Part shown: piece by piece, positions 50,201-55,195 of the stretch
How positions within the stretch are numbered: the stretch's first letter is position 1
Layout of the letters: every line of letters starts with the position of its first letter
Source of the DNA: Raillietiella orientalis
Taxonomy: Eukaryota
NCBI GenBank assembly: GCA_036172245.1
Contig: JAYWIR010000157.1
Location: 1 to 55,195, forward strand
Length of the DNA: 55,195 bases
Reading direction: 5' to 3'
Notes under the pieces: model-generated
What the model was told of the DNA's origin: nothing
The model's input: only the letters and a program-made list of their open reading frames with translations
Databases searched by the model: none
Program-made: the position numbers and the translations under genes

Positions 50201-53200
50201 ATGCACAGATCAAGTTTTTTTCCCTCCATCTTCCTTTTTTCAGTGCAAATTTGCTGTGTTTGGTGATTTCAAATCATTTTCTATGATGTCGATTCCATCG
50301 ATGCGCTCCTTCCGTGCATCCGAACGGATTCCTTCCCCTTTGGATGCAAATGCACCTTTCTCACATCCCGACTTCTTCCGATTCCCTTGCTCCACGCGAA
50401 GAAATCAACCGAGAACCGAACTAATTTGAAAAGGGGAGGATTGGTCTTAGTCTGGTTTTCATGACAACCATTTTTGCAATGCACAGATCAAGTTTTTTTC
50501 CCTCCATCTTCCTTTTTTTAGTGCAAATTTGCTGTGTTTGAGGATTTCAAATCATTTTCTATGATGTCGATTCCATCGATGCGCTCCTTCCGTGCATCCT
50601 AACGGATTTCTTCCCCTTTGGATGCAAATGCACCTTTCTCACATCTCGACTTCCACCGAATCCCTTGCTCCACGAGAAGAAATCATAAGAGAACCGAACT
50701 GAATTCAAACAGGGAGGATTGGTCTTAGTCTGGTTTTCATGGCAACCATTTTTGCAATGCACAGATCAAGTTTTTTTCCCTCCATCTTCCTTTTTTTAGT
50801 GCAAATTTGCTGTGTTTGAGGATTTCAAATCATTTTCTATGATGTCGATTTCATCGATGCGCTCCTTGCGTGCATCCTAACGGATTTCTTCCCCTTTCGA
50901 TGCAAATGCACCTTTCTCACATCCCGACTTCTTCCGAATCCCTTGCTACACGCGAAGAATTCATAAGAGAACCGAACTAATTTCAAAAGGGGAGGATTGG
51001 TCTTAGTCTGGTTTTCATGACAACCATTTTTGCAATGCACAGATCAAGTTTTTTTCCCTCCATCTTCCTTTTTTTAGTGCAAATTTGCTGTGTTTGAGGA
51101 TTTCAAATCATTTTCTATGATGTCGATTCCATCGATGCGCTCCTTCCGTGCATCCTAACGGATTCCTTCCCCTTTCGATGCAAATGCACCTTTCTCACAT
51201 CCCGACTTCTTCCGAATCCCTTGCTACACGCAAAGAATTCATAAGAGAACCGAACTAATTTCAAAGGGGAGGATTGGACTTAGTCTGGTTTTCATGACAA
51301 CCATTTTTGCAATGCACAGATCAACTTTTTCCCTCCATCTTCCTTTTTTCAGTGCAAATTTGGGTGTTTGGTGATTTCAAATCATTTTCTATGATGTCGA
51401 TTCCATCGATGCGCTCCTTCCGTGCATCCGAACGGATTCCTTCCCCTTTGGATGCAAATGCACCTTTCTCACATCCCGACTTCTTCCGATTCCCTTGCTC
51501 CACGCGAAGAAATCATCCGAGAACCGAACTAATTTGAAAAGGGGAGGATTGGTCTTAGTCTGGTTTTCATGACAACCATTTTTGCAATGCACAGATCAAG
51601 TTTTTTTCCCTCCATCTTCCTTTTTTTAGTGCAAATTTGCTGTGTTTGAGGATTTCAAATCATTTTCTATGATGTCGATTCCATCGATGCGCTCCTTCCG
51701 TGCATCCGAACGGATTCCTTCCCCTTTGGATGCAAATGCACCTTTCTCACATCCCGACTTCCTCCGAATCCCTTGCTCCACGAGAAGAAATCATAAGAGA
51801 ACCGAACTGATTTCAAACAGGGAGGATTGGTCTTAGTCTGGTTTTCATGACAACCATTTTTGCAATGCACAGATCAAGTTTTTTTCCCTCCATCTTCCTT
51901 TTTTTAGTGCAAATTTGCTGTGTTTGAGGATTTCAAATCATTTTCTATGATGTCGATTTCATCGATGCGCTCCTTGCGTGCATCCTAACGGATTTCTTCC
52001 CCTTTGGATGCAAATGCACCTTTCTCACATCCCGACTTCCTCCGAATCCCTTGCTCCACGAGAAGAAATCATAAGAGAACCGAACTGAATTTAAAAGGGA
52101 GGATTGGTCTTAGTCTGGTTTTCATGGCAACCATTTTTGCAATGCACAGATGAAGTTTTTTTCCCTCCATCTTCCTTTTTTCAGTGCACATTTGCAGTGT
52201 TTGGTGATTTCAAATCATTTTCTATGATGTCGATTCCATCGATGCGCTCCTTCCGTGCATCCTAACGGATTCCGTCCCCTTTCGATGCAAATGCACCTTT
52301 CTGACATCCCGACTTCCTCCGAATCCCTTGCTCCACGAGAAGAAATCATAAGAGAACCGAACTGATTTCAAACAGGGAGGATTGGTCTTAGTATTGTTTT
52401 CATGACAACCATTTTTGCAATGCACAGATCAAGTTTTTTTCCCTCCATCTTCCTTTTTTCAGTGCAAATTTGCAGTGTTTGGTGATTTCAAATCATTTTC
52501 TATGATGTCGATTCTATCGATGCGCTCCTTCCGTGCATCCTAACGGATTTCTTCTCCTTTGGATGCAAATGCACCTTTCTCACATCTCGACTTCCACCGA
52601 ATCCCTTGCTCCACGAGAAGAAATCATAAGAGAACCGAACTGATTTCAAACAGGGAGGATTGGTCTTAGTCTGGTTTTCATGACAACCATTTTTGCAATG
52701 CACAGATCAAGTTTTTTTCCCTCCATCTTCCTTTTTTTAGTGCAAATTTGCTGTGTTTGAGGATTTCAAATCATTTTCTATGATGTCGATTTCATCGATG
52801 CGCTCCTTGCGTGCATCCTAACGGATTTCTTCCCCTTTGGATGCAAATGCACCTTTCTCACATCCCGACTTCCTCCGAATCCCTTGCTCCACGAGAAGAA
52901 ATCATAAGAGAACCGAACTGATTTCAAACAGGGAGGATTGGTCTTAGTCTGGTTTTCATGACAACCATTTTTGCAATGCACAGATCAAGTTTTTTTCCCT
53001 CCATCTTCCTTTTTTCAGTGCAAATTTGCAGTGTTTGGTGATTTCAAATCATTTTCTATGATGTCGATTCCATCGATGCGCTCCTTCCGTGCATCCTAAC
53101 GGATTCCTTCCCCTTTCGATGCAAATGCACCTTTCTCACATCCCGACTTCTTCCGATTCCCTTGCTCCACGCGAAGAAATCATCCGAGAACCGAACTAAT

Positions 53201-55195
53201 TTGAAAAGGGGAGGATTGGTCTTAGTCTGGTTTTCATGACAACCATTTTTGCAATGCACAGATCAAGTTTTTTTCCCTCCATCTTCCTTTTTTTAGTGCA
53301 AATTTGCTGTGTTTGAGGATTTCAAATCATTTTCTATGATGTCGATTCCATCGATGCGCTCCTTCCGTGCATCCTAACGGATTTCTTCCCCTTTGGATGC
53401 AAATGCACCTTTCTCACATCTCGACTTCCACCGAATCCCTTGCTCCACGAGAAGAAATCATAAGAGAACCGAACTGAATTCAAACAGGGAGGATTGGTCT
53501 TAGTCTGGTTTTCATGACAACCATTTTTGCAATGCACAGATCAAGTTTTTTTCCCTCCATCTTCCTTTTTTTAGTGCAAATTTGCTGTGTTTGAGGATTT
53601 CAAATCATTTTCTATGATGTCGATTCCATCGATGCGCTCCTTCCGTGCATCCTAACGGATTCCTTCCCCTTTCGATGCAAATGCACCTTTCTCACATCCC
53701 GACTTCTTCCGAATCCCTTGCTACACGCGAAGAATTCATAAGAGAACCGAACTAATTTCAAAAGGGGAGGATTGGTCTTAGTCTGGTTTTCATGACAACC
53801 ATTTTTGCAATGCACAGATCAAGTTTTTTTCCCTCCATCTTCCTTTTTTTAGTGCAAATTTGCTGTGTTTGAGGATTTCAAATCATTTTCTATGATGTCG
53901 ATTCCATCGATGCGCTCCTTCCGTGCATCCTAACGGATTTCTTCCCCTTTGGATGCAAATGCACCTTTCTCACATCTCGACTTCCACCGAATCCCTTGCT
54001 CCACGAGAAGAAATCATAAGAGAACCGAACTGAATTCAAACAGGGAGGATTGGTCTTAGTCTGGTTTTCATGGCAACCATTTTTGCAATGCACAGATCAA
54101 GTTTTTTTCCCTCCATCTTCCTTTTTTCAGTGCAAATTTGCAGTGTTTGGTGATTTCAAATCATTTTCTATGATGTCGATTCCATCGATGCGCTCCTTCC
54201 GTGCATCCTAACGGATTCCTTCCCCTTTCGATGCAAATGCACCTTTCTCACATCCCGACTTCTTCCGAATCCCTTGCTACACGCAAAGAATTCATAAGAG
54301 AACCGAACTAATTTCAAAAGGGGAGGATTGGTCTTAGTCAGGTTTTCATGACAACCATTTTTGCAATGCACAGATCAACTTTTTTTCCCTCCATCTTCCT
54401 TTTTTCGGTGCAAATTTGAGGGGTGTGGTGATTTCAAATCATTTTCTATGATGTCGATTCCATCGATGCGCTCCTTTCGTGCATCCGAACGGATTCCTTC
54501 CCCTTTCGATGCAAATGCACCTTTCTCACATCCCGACTTCTTCCGATTCCCTTGCTCCACGCGAAGAAATCATACGAGAACCGAACTAATTTCAAAAGGG
54601 GAGGATTGGTCTTAGTCTGGTTTTCATGACAACCATTTTTGCAATGCACAGATCAAGTTTTTTTCCCTCCATCTTCCTTTTTTTAGTGCAAATTTGCTGT
54701 GTTTGAGGATTTCAAATCATTTTCTATGATGTCGATTCCATCGATGCGCTCCTTCCGTGCATCCTAACGGATTTCTTCCCCTTTGGATGCAAATGCACCT
54801 TTCTCACATCTCGACTTCCACCGAATCCCTTGCTCCACGAGAAGAAATCATAAGAGAACCGAACTGAATTCAAAAAGGGAGGATTGGTCTTAGTCTGGTT
54901 TTCATGGCAACCATTTTTGCAATGCACAGATCAAGTTTTTTTCCCTCCATCTTCCTTTTTTCAGTGCAAATTTGCAGTGTTTGGTGATTTCAAATCATTT
55001 TCTATGATGTCGATTCCATCGATGCGCTCCTTCCGTGCATCCTAACGGATTCCTTCCCCTTTCGATGCAAATGCACCTTTCTCACATCCCGACTTCTTCC
55101 GATTCCCTTGCTCCACGCGAAGAAATCATCCGAGAACCGAACTAATTTGAAAAGGGGAGGATTGGTCTTAGTCTGGTTTTCATGACAACCATTTT
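38232..55195. repeat. 278-bp tandem satellite array, about 61 monomers, running off the window end
   Basis: Unit TAGTCTGGTTTTCATGACAACC...TGCAAATTTGC...GATTTCAAATCATTTTCTATGATGTCG...GTGCATCCTAACGG...GAGAACCGAACTGATTTCAAACAGGGAGGATTGGTCT recurs every ~278 bp. The minus-strand 67-aa ORF track steps by 278 (38343, 38621, ... 45284, 45562, 45840, 46118). Confidence 0.98.
48290..53830. repeat. 10-monomer (~2770 bp) diverged tandem duplication within the 278-bp array
   Basis: The order of monomer variant types repeats at an offset of 2769-2775. Private markers TTCTCCTTTGG (~49783 and ~52552) and CTACACGCGAAGAATTC (~50946 and ~53721) each occur once per copy. Confidence 0.75.

Noticed and set aside
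38343..54927. 67-aa minus-strand ORF (MHCKNGCHEN...) in nearly every 278-bp unit, resembling a tandem small-gene array
   Set aside because: No recognisable family or signal peptide. Sequence outside the ORF is as conserved as inside, and several units disrupt it. Ribosome profiling or dN/dS below 1 would be needed to reconsider.
6..55195. CRISPR array or other repeat-spacer system
   Set aside because: Whole monomers repeat. There are no unique spacers and no cas-like genes.
38232..55195. 5S rDNA, tRNA, snRNA or spliced-leader tandem gene array
   Set aside because: The unit length is compatible, but I see no 5S sequence, cloverleaf, properly spaced Pol III A/B boxes or snRNA motif on either strand. 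An Rfam/Infernal scan would be decisive.

Overview
The whole window is eukaryotic-type tandem satellite DNA, with no gene, RNA gene, transposon or CRISPR array that I can support. It holds two head-to-tail arrays, each in a single orientation. A 180-bp satellite (about 212 monomers, about 44% GC by hand count of one monomer) runs from 6 to ~38231, and a 278-bp satellite (about 61 monomers) runs from ~38232 to the window end. They meet at a sharp junction with no spacer. The 180-bp array is organised into layered higher-order repeats (HORs): a 12-mer (2159 bp), a 30/31-mer (5398/5578 bp) with a nested 5-mer, and local 1-, 2-, 3- and 5-mer re-amplifications. The 278-bp array is a mosaic of variant half-monomers with a 10-mer duplication. 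All ORFs are by-products of the periodicity. The most notable points are the junction itself, a ~27-bp box shared by the two satellites, dense dyad symmetries, clustered transversion patches and long-range transfer of variant blocks. A centromeric or pericentromeric role is plausible but is inference only, and I cannot name the species or family.
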